This document shows positions 1-11,014 of a DNA stretch of 46,100 bases, piece after piece. The translations under genes were made by a program, and so were the position numbers. How positions within the stretch are numbered: position 1 is the first letter of the stretch; each line of letters starts with the position of its first letter. Below the pieces are notes generated by a model that was given only the letters and a program-made list of their open reading frames with translations, did no database searches and was not told where the DNA came from. Source of the DNA: Octopus bimaculoides (Eukaryota); contig NC_068987.1 of assembly GCF_001194135.2 (NCBI RefSeq), positions 80,796,524 through 80,842,623 on the forward strand, read 5' to 3'.

Positions 1-215
1 TATATATATATATGTATGTGTTTGTCCCCCCAACATCGCTTGACAACCGATGCTGGTGTGTTTACGTCCCCGTAACTTAGCAGTTCAGCAAAAGAGACCG
101 ATAGAATAAGTACTAGGCTTCCAAAGAATAAGTCCTGGGGTCGATTTGCTCGACTAAAGGCAGTGCTCCAGCATGGCCGCAGTCAAATGACTGAAACAAG
201 TAAAAGAATAAAAGA

Positions 216-217
<2 letters not shown>
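1..217 (+). mobile_element. SINE family A (major Octopus tRNA-derived SINE), 3' half
   Basis: tttgtcccccaacatcgcttgacaacc...ggtgctccagcatggccgcagtcaaatgactgaaacaagtaaaag tail, repeated many times in the window. Confidence 0.9.
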
Positions 218-250
<33 letters not shown>

Positions 251-371
251 ATGCATGATGCTCTCAGACTTTGCTTCACTCTATTACTGCTGCTAAATAT
301 TAACATATATGTATAGTTTATATTCATTTGAAAGAAGAAAAGGAAATGGAGATTAAGAAGCATATCTATGC

Positions 372-636
372 GTGTATGTTATATGTGTGTGTCATTTTGT
401 GTTTTTCTGTATCCCTACCACCAATACCACTACCACCACCACCACCACCACCACTTGACAACTCGTGTTGGTTTGTTTGCTTCCCTGTAATCTAGCAGTT
501 TCACCAAAGGAGGCTAATAGAATAAGTATCAGACTTGTAAAAGAAGTACTTGAGTTGATTTGCAATCTAAACCCTTCATGGTGATGCCCCAGCATGGACA
601 CAGTCCAACAACTGAAACAAGTAAAAGATAAAAGAG
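372..636 (+). mobile_element. SINE family A, degenerate 3' half with (CCA)n expansion
   Basis: Same tail modules, diverged. Confidence 0.75.
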
Positions 637-2332
637 AAATTCAAACTCTTAGTCTAAGTGGGTGTATATATTTTCTTAGTATCTTTCAACATCTTTAACA
701 GGTTTTTTTGAAGAACACATTGTAAAACCTATTTTTATAGAAATATTGGTTTTATACAACTTGAAAATCATTTTATAAAAAGTCCATAACTGGGCAGTTG
801 GACAGGAAGATATCTTAGTTGTTAATTTGATGATGAAATCTGAAATAACTTTTGACTTCAGAACATTAAATGCTTTCTATTAACTTCTGGCATAAACAGC
901 AGTGAGGCAATATCTTCAATTAATTGCTAACGATATCATTTAATATCTATTAAATTACTGTTGAAGAAAATGATGGGAAAATAGTTGTAAATTTATCAAT
1001 TATTATAAGAGCTGTGATAAATACTTTCAACATATGTGTTGGCTGGCTTATATATTTGATATGCAAAAAAAAACATTAATAGCTCACTGTTAGCACAAAG
1101 TAAAAAAAATTCACATATTCTGCAAATTTCTCCTTTTCTTAGTGATAATGTAATTTCTTCCTTTTATAAAAGAACCAAGTGAAATATAGAAAATGTAATT
1201 ATAATGTATTCAAAAGATTCTGGCAGAGTTTTCAGTTTATTTTAGTCTGAGATAGATTTAAAAGCTATTTTCAACCAATACAGGGCAGCAAGAGTAAGCT
1301 GTGAGTATTGATAAGCAAAGTGAAAACAGTGATATTGAAGGATGAACTATTGATGGTTGTCAGTTGAGCGAGAAGGACATTTATCTTGTGTAGCAGAACA
1401 AACTAGATTAACACTTTCCTTCCCTTACTAAACAAATTATTCACACTGTCTTTAAAATTTATTGTCATTCTCAAATATTATCTGAAATGATTTTTCAAGA
1501 CAACGAAAATCGTTAAACACTAGTTTGAAACAGAGAGCAGTGTATTCAAGAATTTTCTGTTTGAATATTTAGCTTTTCTTATTTCAAATTTAATTAATTC
1601 TTCAAAGGTGGTGGGTGAGTTCACAGCTTTTGCTGTTTCTTAGATAATAATATTGATTTCTTACTTTGGCAGAAAACCAGAATTTTCTATGGGAGGAATG
1701 CAGTCAATCAAATCAAACTCCAGTACATGCCTGGTATTTATGTTATTAATTCCAGTGGATTGAAATGTTATGATGATCATAGCTGAATTTAAGAGTTCAG
1801 AATGGAGAGATGTGAAACTAAATAGTATGTGGAATTATTCTGGTGTTCTACCATTTCTACCATTTCAGTGCTGATAAGATGGATTCAATAGAAGAACTGA
1901 GATAAATTTTAGTGAAGAAAAATGTGCCTAGGCAACCGTGAAGATAAAGAAATAAATAAAAATCATTACTACATTGTTAGATAAAGAAACCACAAGATAA
2001 GAGAATTAACCCAATCACAGTCTTACACATACTTTGAAATTAACGAAATAGGTATTATATAACGTACATAAATTTATGAAAAGGTGAGAAAGAAAATATA
2101 GATACTTTTGATTAATATTTCAAACAGAGCTAAGGGTAATAGGTATCAACATGTGAGGTGTTCAATAAATAAGTTATAGTTATAATGCTTTCAGTTCAAG
2201 GCTAAATGAGTTAGTATGACTAAAAATGGAAATAAGAAACATGATGGCATTTAGAATACACCACCCAAAATCCAACACAGAGTATATTTACCATGAATAC
2301 AGGGAGGTAGGTCTTTTCTGCATGAAGAAATG

Positions 2333-2549
2333 ATTCTTTTACTTTTTTATTTGTTTCAATCATTTGACTGCGGCCATGCTGGAGCACTGACTTTAGTTGA
2401 GCAAATCGATCCCAGGAATTATTCTTTGGAAGCCTTTGCACTTATTCTATCGGTCTCTTTTGCCAAACTGCTAAGTTACAGGGATGTAAACACACTACCA
2501 TCGGTTGTCAAGCAATGTTAGGGGGACAAACACAGACACACAAACATAT

Positions 2550-2616
<67 letters not shown>

Positions 2617-2822
2617 TATATACATACACACATATATACATACACACATATATATGACGGGCTTCTTTCAGTTTCCGTCTACCAAATCCACTCACAAGGC
2701 TTTTGGTCAGCCCGAGGCTATAGTAGAAGACACTTGCCCAAGGTGCCATGCAGTGGGAATGAACCCAGAACCATGTGGTTGGTAAGCAAGCTACTTACCA
2801 CACAGCCAGTCCTGCGCCTATA
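2333..2822 (-). mobile_element. SINE family A, full length
   Basis: tRNA-like head (A box TGGCTGTGTGG, B box GGTTCATTCCC), internal (TA)n/(TG)n, LINE-like tail. Confidence 0.9.
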
Positions 2823-3198
2823 TATTATATAATATTTGCTAGGAACTAGGAAAATGTAAAAGTAAAAGTAAGTACAGGGGTCAATTTGTTTAATGAAACC
2901 CTTCATGGCGATAGGCCAATGACTGAAACTAGTACAAGATGGAAAGAAAATCCTTTCCATGATCAATATCTGACAAAACTAAACAAAGCAGAAATGAAAA
3001 CAAAAAAATCACCAGCACTCGCTGAGAAGTGCAGGACTTCAAGTTAAAACCAAAGAAAATGTTTAAAATCTACAACAGTGTAGAATATGGTTAGGTTATG
3101 GTTTGTCTACATTACTCTGAAAGGGGCATAGGGATGATCTATAGGCTTCTTTGGTATATATATTCCTCCTTGGAGGGAAACGATTCCATTGTAGGATT

Positions 3199-3612
3199 AC
3201 TCTTTCTCTTTACTCTTTTACTTGTTTCAGTCATTTGAGTATGGCCATGCTGGAGCACTGCCTTTAGTCAAGCAAATCGACCCCAGGAGTTATTCTTTGG
3301 AAGCCTAGTATTTATTCTATCGAACTCTTTTGTCGAACCGCTATGTTACGGAGCCGTAAACATACCAGCATCAGTTGTCAAGCGATGTTATGGGGACAAA
3401 CACAGACACACAAACATATACACACACATACATGTATATATATACGTATATACGACGGGCTTCTTTCAGTTTCCGTCTACCAAATCCACTCACAAGGCTT
3501 TGGTCGGCCTGAGGCTATTGTAGAAGACACTTGCTCGAGGTGCCATGTAGTGGGACTGAACCCAGAACCATGTGGTTGGTAAGCAAGCTACTTACCACAC
3601 AGCCACTCCTGT
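3199..3612 (-). mobile_element. SINE family A, full length
   Basis: Highly similar to 2333-2822 with a shorter microsatellite. Confidence 0.9.
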
Positions 3613-3796
3613 ACACTCCTTGCTAATTTTTGCCAACTGAATGAACTGGAGCAACACAAAATGAAGTGTTTTGCTCAAGAACATAACGAATCACCCATTC
3701 AAGGAATCAAAACCATGATCTTACAATCATGAGTCCAATACCTTAACCACTAAGCTATGCGCCTCCACTGTAATCAAAAGTTCTCAGAGAAGCAAC

Positions 3797-3970
3797 AAGG
3801 TGACCATATTCTGGAGTGTAGCAATTCATAGAAACAAGGAGATTAAAGAAAATCATCCAAATATTATTGTCAAAGATCATCAAGAAAAGAAATTTCTCTT
3901 CATTGAGGAATTAATTCCAATAAATGACAATACATCTCTGAAAGAAATAAAGAAACTATGTAAATATATT
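3797..3970 (+). mobile_element. Degenerate restriction-like endonuclease (RLE) fragment of an R4/Dong- or CRE-like non-LTR retrotransposon
   Basis: KVTIFWSVAIHRNKEIKENHPNIIVKDHQEKKFLFIEELIPINDNTSLKEIKKLCKY* resembles the RPDIVV..D..IP....KE.EK..KY signature of RLE domains. Confidence 0.7.
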
Positions 3971-4265
3971 TAGTTTCTTCATAGCAATAATAATTAAAAA
4001 TTTTGGCTGAAGAATCATATGTAATCTATTTATCTATTTCATATTTATTTTGTAGATAATAGAAATCAAAAATCTATGAAATAAAATGAAAATAGATTAC
4101 ATATAATTCTACAGTTGAATTTTAATTATTATTGCTATGAAGAAACTAAATATATTTGCATAGTTTCTTGAATTTTATAGATGTATTATTGTTTATTGGA
4201 ATTTGTTCCTCAATCAAGAGAAATTTCTTTTCCTGATGATCTTTGACAATAGCATCTGGATGATT
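3851..4265. repeat. About 200-bp inverted duplication (fold-back) spanning a retrotransposon fragment and flanking DNA
   Basis: The reverse complement of 4076-4265 aligns with 3851-about 4050 (e.g. gtcaaagatcatca[a/g]gaaaagaaatttctctt; aaatatatttagtttcttcatagcaataataattaaaa); spacer about 25 bp. Confidence 0.85.
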
Positions 4266-4588
4266 TGACAATAATATCTAGATGAAACAAGTATGAAACA
4301 GATTTAATATGATTCTACAGTTGAATTTTTAATTATTTTGGCTACAAAGTAACTAAATTTGGAAGAGATATTTTTTTTTTCTCCATGACAAAATTACAAT
4401 TGATGGAGAAATCAAAATGACACTATCTAAATATATCTGGAAATAAAGATAACTAGTATATGGGTACTGAAAATAGAAATAATCCTTATAATAAGTATAT
4501 TCTGAATTATTTTAAAGTAACACAGACAAATAAACAACCTATTTCAAAGGATATATATATCTACATATATATGTATATATAATAAATA

Positions 4589-4633
<45 letters not shown>

Positions 4634-4795
4634 ATTTATATATATACATATATATATACACATATATACATACATGCATATATGGGTACATGACATCACC
4701 AGCAGAGCAAATAACATGAAATATGTAACAAACAAGTGAAATATGTAAACAACAAGAAAAAATGGAAAACAGGATGTTAAACGATGATGATGATG

Positions 4796-4797
<2 letters not shown>

Positions 4798-4851
<54 letters not shown>

Positions 4852-5042
4852 TCGTCCCTTTCACCATTGCTTGACAACTGATGTTGGTGTGTTTACGTAC
4901 CCGTAACTTAGTGGTTCGGCAAAAGAGACCAGTAAAATAAGTACTAGGCTTACAAAGAATAAGTCCTGGGTTCGATTTGCTTGACTAAAAGGTGGTGCTC
5001 CAGCATGGCCACAATCAAATTACTGAAACAAGTAAAAGAAGA
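4798..5042 (+). mobile_element. SINE family A, 3' half
   Basis: (TA)n(TG)n followed by the standard tail. Confidence 0.85.
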
Positions 5043-5349
5043 ATGCTTGTTCTTGTGCCATGCGCATATGAGTGCTTCTATCTCCATCTTCAGGTCACTC
5101 CTCTGCATCCATAAGCACCAATCTTCTGTATTTGTCTTGGCATATGTATCTCTTGCAAACTGACCCTATATTTTTTTCCATCTGAGCTATTAGTTTTTTT
5201 GAGTTCTTTTCCTCTTTAAGTTTTTCTTTCTTTACACATTATCAGTTTTGATGACATTGGACTTTTGCACATTTCAACAATGGTTTCACAACATTTTTTT
5301 TACATACAACCCTAAGCTGTTTTCCTCTGCTTCTCTACAATTGTGGCAA

Positions 5350-5515
5350 CAGATCAAACCTCTCCATTAAGGATGAATTATGAGAAGTGCAGAATTGACA
5401 ACACAACTGAGAGTGACAAATGCAAACTGTGTGGTGAGAGGGGTGAAAATGGTATGGCACATTGTTAGTGAATGCCTGAAATTGGCACAATGTAATTACA
5501 AAAGACGACGTGACA
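5350..5515 (+). mobile_element. CCHC zinc-knuckle fragment of an RLE-type non-LTR retrotransposon (frameshifted)
   Basis: RMNYEKCRIDNTTESDKCKLCGERGE / VWHIVSECLKLAQCNYKRRRD matches C..C...ET..H....C..LAQ..Y..RHD. Confidence 0.75.
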
Positions 5516-5599
5516 TAATAATGATGATTTCTAATAATAATAATAATAATAATAGTGTGGTGCAAGTAGACCTTAACTAAAGGGTTTTGCATTTAACAA

Positions 5600-6110
5600 A
5601 AGTCAACCCAAGAATTTACAGAAGTAGTATGAATGAGAGATGAAATGTTGAGCCAGTAGATTGTCACTCCACTAATTTGGAAAGCAGCAACTCTTATTTT
5701 CATTTAATCTTCCTTCCAAAGTCTTCTTCAATAAATGATCTGTTTCCCCCCAAAATATCCTCTTGCACTGATCAGTACTACATGTGCTCATGTTTTAAAG
5801 GATGGAACTTAAATTGAGTAGAGATATTGGAAATATACTTCAATAGGGGCATAACAGTCTAATCTCAAGAGCTACGAAAGACAGAGGTTTTCATCCCTGA
5901 GAGTCACAACAAATGCTAAGTTTTATAATCTCTGATGATCTCTTAGTGTGACCTCATACAGATGACTTTCTCAAATCTGCATCCTAATGACAAGTCTTTT
6001 GAGTTCAGGGCCAGAAGAGCTCAAATATGATCCACATACATATCAGCAGCAAGGCTTCTGCTGCCCACTCAAACATCCTAGACTGTATCCAATATATTTG
6101 ATTGACAAAG
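5600..6110 (-). mobile_element. Highly degenerate RTE-type LINE 3' fragment
   Basis: Minus-strand remnants GYFG... and DHLLKKTLEGRL...WSDNLL resemble RTE C-termini; many stops. Confidence 0.4.
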
Positions 6111-6139
6111 GCTGTCAATCACAAAAGTATGAAAGACAG

Positions 6140-6332
6140 AGCCAGCTTTGGCAACGTTAGAACTCAGAATGAAATGCCACTAAGCATTTTGTCCAGCGTG
6201 CTAATGATTCTGCCACAAGGTCAGACAGTTCGGAGGGAGGGGTTAAATTGATTACATCGACCCTAGTGATCAACTGGTACTTACTTTATCGACCCCACAA
6301 GGATGAAAGGCAAAGTTGACCTCAGCAGAATT
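6140..6332 (-). mobile_element. SINE family C, core/tail preceding head (permuted or two abutting fragments)
   Basis: Core at 6216-6332; head at 6145-6215, lying 3' of it on the minus strand. Confidence 0.7.
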
Positions 6333-7187
6333 ACACTATTTAATATTAAAATGTTTTTCCTACTGTTAACAATATAAATTCAGCCAGATTGAGGCCAAGA
6401 GGGTTATGTACCATAAATAATTCTAAAACTACATGATAGTAACCCATTATGTGAAGATTGCTTCAAAGAAAGAGGGAAATGCATACTCCAATGGCATTAA
6501 TGTTTACTCCAAAAGATTCCAGTCAGAGCCAATTAGTGAATTTAGACATCTAATCATGTGATAAATTCAGTGATTCCTGAGTTTTGGTTACACTGGGAAA
6601 TGTCTAATTAAGGACCAAATAATTCAAGGGCATCCAAGAATATGACAGAGCCTCAAAACTATATTGATCTTCATTATCTGAATGTTTTCAAGATATCTAA
6701 CGATCAATCACTTTCCTTGTTATTTTAAATGGTGTAGTTATTGACATGAGAAGATAAGTAATTTGGGTAGCTAAAGACATTAAAAAAATACAGTTCACCT
6801 CGCTTGACAGATAGGGAGAGAGCAGGGGTTCAATTTTTATTGCTTCAACTGCAAACAATTTTATTTATGTCAATGAAGAAAAAACGGCGCCACAGAATTA
6901 GTAAATGGAGATAGATGTAACAGTATACCAGTGGATAGGGCATAAAGTATTTTAAGTAGAAGTAATTAATGAAGAATAGAAATAGATTTGCCAATTTTGT
7001 TTGGTCTGTATATATAGCAAGGGATATTTGAATATATTCAGCCTTCAGATATGGAAACAGTAGGAAAGGAAAACAAAACTCCAGCAAAAAACAGATACTT
7101 TTTTTCTATGCTTGTGTTGTCAGTTTGGTTGCATTTTTTTTCTTTAATGGGACAGGATTTAGCTCATGGCATGGAAACTCTCAGGTT

Positions 7188-7216
7188 TCACTCATCTTCA
7201 CTACACCAACCTAGGC
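7188..7216 (-). CDS. Candidate terminal exon of the same unidentified gene
   Basis: Long polypyrimidine tract, taAG acceptor, phase-1 frame (S)LGWCSEDE*, AATAAA at 6860-6865. Confidence 0.25.
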
Positions 7217-7910
7217 CTTATTTGAAAGAGAGAGAAAACAAAAAGAAAAGAAAAAAAAAATTCCTTTGCAGACCCAGTTAACATTCATTTTTTTGTTGTT
7301 GTTGTTGTTGTTATTATTATGTGTTTTTTTTTTAATCTAGACTTTTATCTGACTTAAATGGGATGTAAAGCAGAATGAATAGTTGCCAATAACTTTCAGG
7401 AAAATCTGTAATAAACATAGAAATGAAAAATGGTTGAATTTTTGTTTGTTTGTTTTTGTTCTTTTTTTAAACTGCTTTAATGGATTTGTGAGGAAAGAAG
7501 GTTTCTAATTTTAAATTTGATGGTCAATAAACAAAGATCTAAACCAACACTACTGGCTGTTTATTGATTTTACATAAAATAGCTGAGAGAAAACCTGCTC
7601 ACACGTTCATACAATAGAGAAAGAACATTAAAAGATGTTACTGCATCAGTTGCCTTCTCAGTATTTTCTCCTGGCACTTTCAATCAAACCCTGAGAAAAT
7701 ACACTGAATATTTTGTTACTTTAATGAAATATGCATAAATTCTCTGGGGATAGTAATTTTGCATATATCAATACATTGAGTACTAAAAATGAATTTTCTA
7801 ACTGGAGGGTTGTAAAGAAAATAAATAGAAATGGTAGTCTATATATTTAAATTTAAAATAAAAATCTCACCACTTGAAGATATTACTTGCTAATTAGTAT
7901 TTTTCTAAAG

Positions 7911-8130
7911 GCCACTGAGCTGACAAAATTGTTAGCATGCTGGGTGAAATGCTTAGTGGCATTTCGTCTGTCTATACATTCTGAGTTCAAATTCCACGAA
8001 GGTCGACATTGCATTTCATCATTTTGGGTTCAATAAAATAAATACCAGTTGAGCACTGGGGGTGTCAATGTAACTGACTTACTCCCCCCCGCCACCGAAA
8101 TTGCTGCCCTCGAGACAAAATTTGAAACTG
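7911..8130 (+). mobile_element. SINE family C (tRNA head plus Deu/Nin-like core)
   Basis: gttagcatgctgggtgaaatgcttag...ctgagttcaaattcc...tttcatc..ttgggttcaataaaataaataccagttg core. Confidence 0.75.
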
Positions 8131-8245
8131 ATAATTAATATCTTTCTTCATTATATAATCCTAGAATATTTTTCACAAGTCAGATGTACAAATTTCATAA
8201 ATGTAAAAACTGCTTCCTTGTCCCAACCTTTAGATATGGCTAAGA

Positions 8246-8471
8246 ACTCTTTCACTCTTTTACTTGTTTCAGTCATTTGACTGTGGCCATGCTGGAGCAC
8301 CGCCTTTAGTCGAGCAAATCGACCCCAGGACTTATTCTTTGTAAGCCTAGTACTTATTCTATCAGTCACTTTTGCCAAACTGCTAAGTTACAGGGATGTA
8401 AACACACCAGCATTGGTTGTCAAGCGATGGTGGGGGGACAAACACAGACACACAAACATATACACACACAC

Positions 8472-8549
<78 letters not shown>

Positions 8550-8714
8550 GATGGGCTTCTTCCAGTTTCTGTCTACCAAATCCACTCACAAGGCTTTGGT
8601 CGGCCTGAGTCTATAGTAGAAGACACTTGCCCAAAGTGCCACGCAGTGGGACTGAACCCAGAACCATGTGGTTGGTAAGCAAGCTACTTACCACACAGCC
8701 ACTCCTGCGCCTAT
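8246..8714 (-). mobile_element. SINE family A, full length
   Basis: Head ggcgcaggagtggctgtgtgg, long (TA)n, tail. Confidence 0.9.
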
Positions 8715-8734
8715 ACTGCTTAACCCCTTTGAGA

Positions 8735-8867
8735 CATGTGACATTAAGTTTTATGGATGTGTAGGAGATATTCATCTCATCAGATGTTTAGAACAAGAGA
8801 CTATCTCAAACATCTGATGAGATGGACATATCTTTAAGTCCACAAAACTTTAGCCGAGTCAAATGTT
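8735..8867. repeat. Hairpin formed by two inverted degenerate hammerhead-like motifs
   Basis: Perfect 17-bp inverted repeat catctcatcagatgttt (8773-8789) / aaacatctgatgagatg (8808-8824), with imperfect arms extending to 8746/8850. Each arm reads CTGATGA-stem II-AAAAC-..-GTC outward. Confidence 0.6.
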
Positions 8868-10065
8868 ATTATATACAGGAATATTCCAACCAATTGTGTT
8901 GAGTGCTACTATTTTATGCTTGTTGACATACACATATATATGCATATATATATACACACGCACACACACACACACACACAATGAGCATCCACAAAGTTCC
9001 CATTAAACAAATATTACTCACAAGGCATTATTTGGTGTAAAGCTATAGTACAAAACACTTGTCCAAGGTACCACACTGTGTAATGGAATCTGAAACCATG
9101 TGGATACAAAGCAAATTCTTAACTTCGCAGTCATGACTGCATCTAGTTATAAACCTGTGCCATACAGAAAGCTGTCATCATGGGTGATGGTTGACAATTA
9201 GTCTAACTTCTAATTTGGTAGTTAGTGATACATGTTATATGTTGACATCTTCTACACTATAACTATAAAAGTTGTTTATTAATTAGTTTGGAGAATGCAT
9301 TTTTTATTAAAATAAAGCAATTATTAAAGTCTACACTGTCTAGAAAACTCTTATAAATTTCAGTTTTAATATATTTTTAACAAAATGTGGTTTTCATAGT
9401 TCTTTTATTATTGAAAATTCCAATGATACAATTCAGTCACAAAACTAATTTTTATTCACTGTGACACAATAATCTTATATAGCAAGATAGTATTTTTTAA
9501 CACCTCTGTTTTTACTTCTCCAAATATAAAGGTTGCCTAAATATGTGCAACACAACTTTCTACAAACATATCAGTAAAAATACTTATCCATATCATAAGT
9601 TTAATCCAGTATCAGTTAGATTATGTTGATGTCAGTTTCCTTTCACATTTGTTGGGTGTTGTTGAAGAAAAAGAAAGCAGTTTTAATTTACTAATTACTT
9701 ATGTGAACATAAACTCATCTCATTTTCTTTCACCTGAAGTATTTAACTGTTGTTCACAATATTAAAAAAAAAAAAACCATTATAGAAAAATTCCAATGCT
9801 AGTGCTCAAAATTATTTTTGTTGTGGCAAGAGTACGACACCCTATGACGAGAATAAATGGGACTACTACATACAATTAGTAGTGGTCTGACATTGTTAGC
9901 AGTTCATAGTTTGGTCTTTGAGGTCCAGGTACAGTTTGAGTTAGTGTGTTGGAAATATTGATTGTTGGTTCATTGTGTGTTTGTTACTGCTGCTGTTTCT
10001 ATTTTGTATTGTTATAACACTGTTACAATGTATTCTTTATCTATCCTCAACAATATCAGCCATAC

Positions 10066-10110
10066 TACGATATTGAAGGCGTAAGGATATAACAATTTTA
10101 AATGTATTTA
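10066..10110 (-). CDS. Candidate 45-nt exon of an unidentified minus-strand gene
   Basis: Strong acceptor taatttgtctttgtatcctctcttgttcAG, phase-1 frame NTFKIVISLRLQYR, donor A|GTATGG; read-through gives ...QYRSMADIVEDR*. No homology recognised. Confidence 0.3.
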
Positions 10111-10188
10111 CTGAACAAGAGAGGATACAAAGACAAATTAAATATAATATATCAGAAAAATTACACAAATTGCAAATCAAATGTGTAG

Positions 10189-10440
10189 ATATTTAACATT
10201 CTTCCAAAGAGCATGAGGGACCTACACAAAGTGGAAGTAGGTGTTTTCAAATCAAAACTGGATCTTTTCCTGATTAGAGTCCCAGATGAACCTACTTCAT
10301 GGCAGGAGGCAGAAATGAGGGCAGCGACATCAAACTCCCTTATTTTCCAGATACCACATATCAGAGGAGGCTCTCAATAATAACAGTGTAACAAAACAGC
10401 GATGCCCCAGCATGGCCACAGCTGGAACTGATAAAAAAAG
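10189..10440 (+). mobile_element. 3' end of a CR1/L2/Jockey-group LINE (ORF2 C-terminus plus tail)
   Basis: Open frame IFNILPKSMRDLHKVEVGVFKSKLDLFLIRVPDEPTSWQEAEMRAATSNSLIFQIPHIRGGSQ* (stop 10378-10380; FN.LP...F K..LD signature), followed by gatgccccagcatggccacagc...gaactgataaaaaaag tail. Confidence 0.75.
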
Positions 10441-11014
10441 AAAGTACTATTTAGCAACTAAAAGAATACTTACTGGAGGATGATCTTTCTGCTAGTACAG
10501 TAAATAAATTTTTGATCTGCTTCAAAATTATCATTTATATGAATTTCGAAATGCAAAAAAAAAAAAAAAAGAAAAAAAGAAGAAAAAAAACAAAGACTAA
10601 AATACAAATTCCTCATCAATAAAATAACTCATGTTTTTATTGTAAACAATATGAAAAATACATTTCGTTAAGATTCTATTTCAGATATAAGAGTTTACAA
10701 AATACAATCTGCCGTCATCATCATCATCACCACCACTATCACAACCATGATGATGACCACCACCATCACCATTGTTGTTTTAATGTTCACCTTTCTATAC
10801 TTGCATGGTCTAACAAAATTTACTGTGGTAATTTTTTCTATGGCCAATTGCCTTTTCCTATTGCAGGTAATGTTTCCCTTTGGCCAGACATATTTCACAG
10901 AAGATAGCAAAACAAAGGATAGAGTTTGTATGATAGTGATACACCTTAATAGTTATTCCACAATGTCAAGACAAGGAAATAAACACATACATTATATATA
11001 TATATATATATATG

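Noticed and set aside
1246-1293. SEIDL motif reminiscent of an annexin repeat (RSEIDL)
   Set aside because: Only five residues match and no other annexin exons are visible; kept only as an unassigned exon candidate.
2495-2832. Long YI/HT/VC-rich ORFs here and at 4539, 8383, 11355-11995, 18060, 21271, 32068, 35617-36219, 41680 and 44752
   Set aside because: Translations of microsatellites, SINE bodies or N gaps; not genes.
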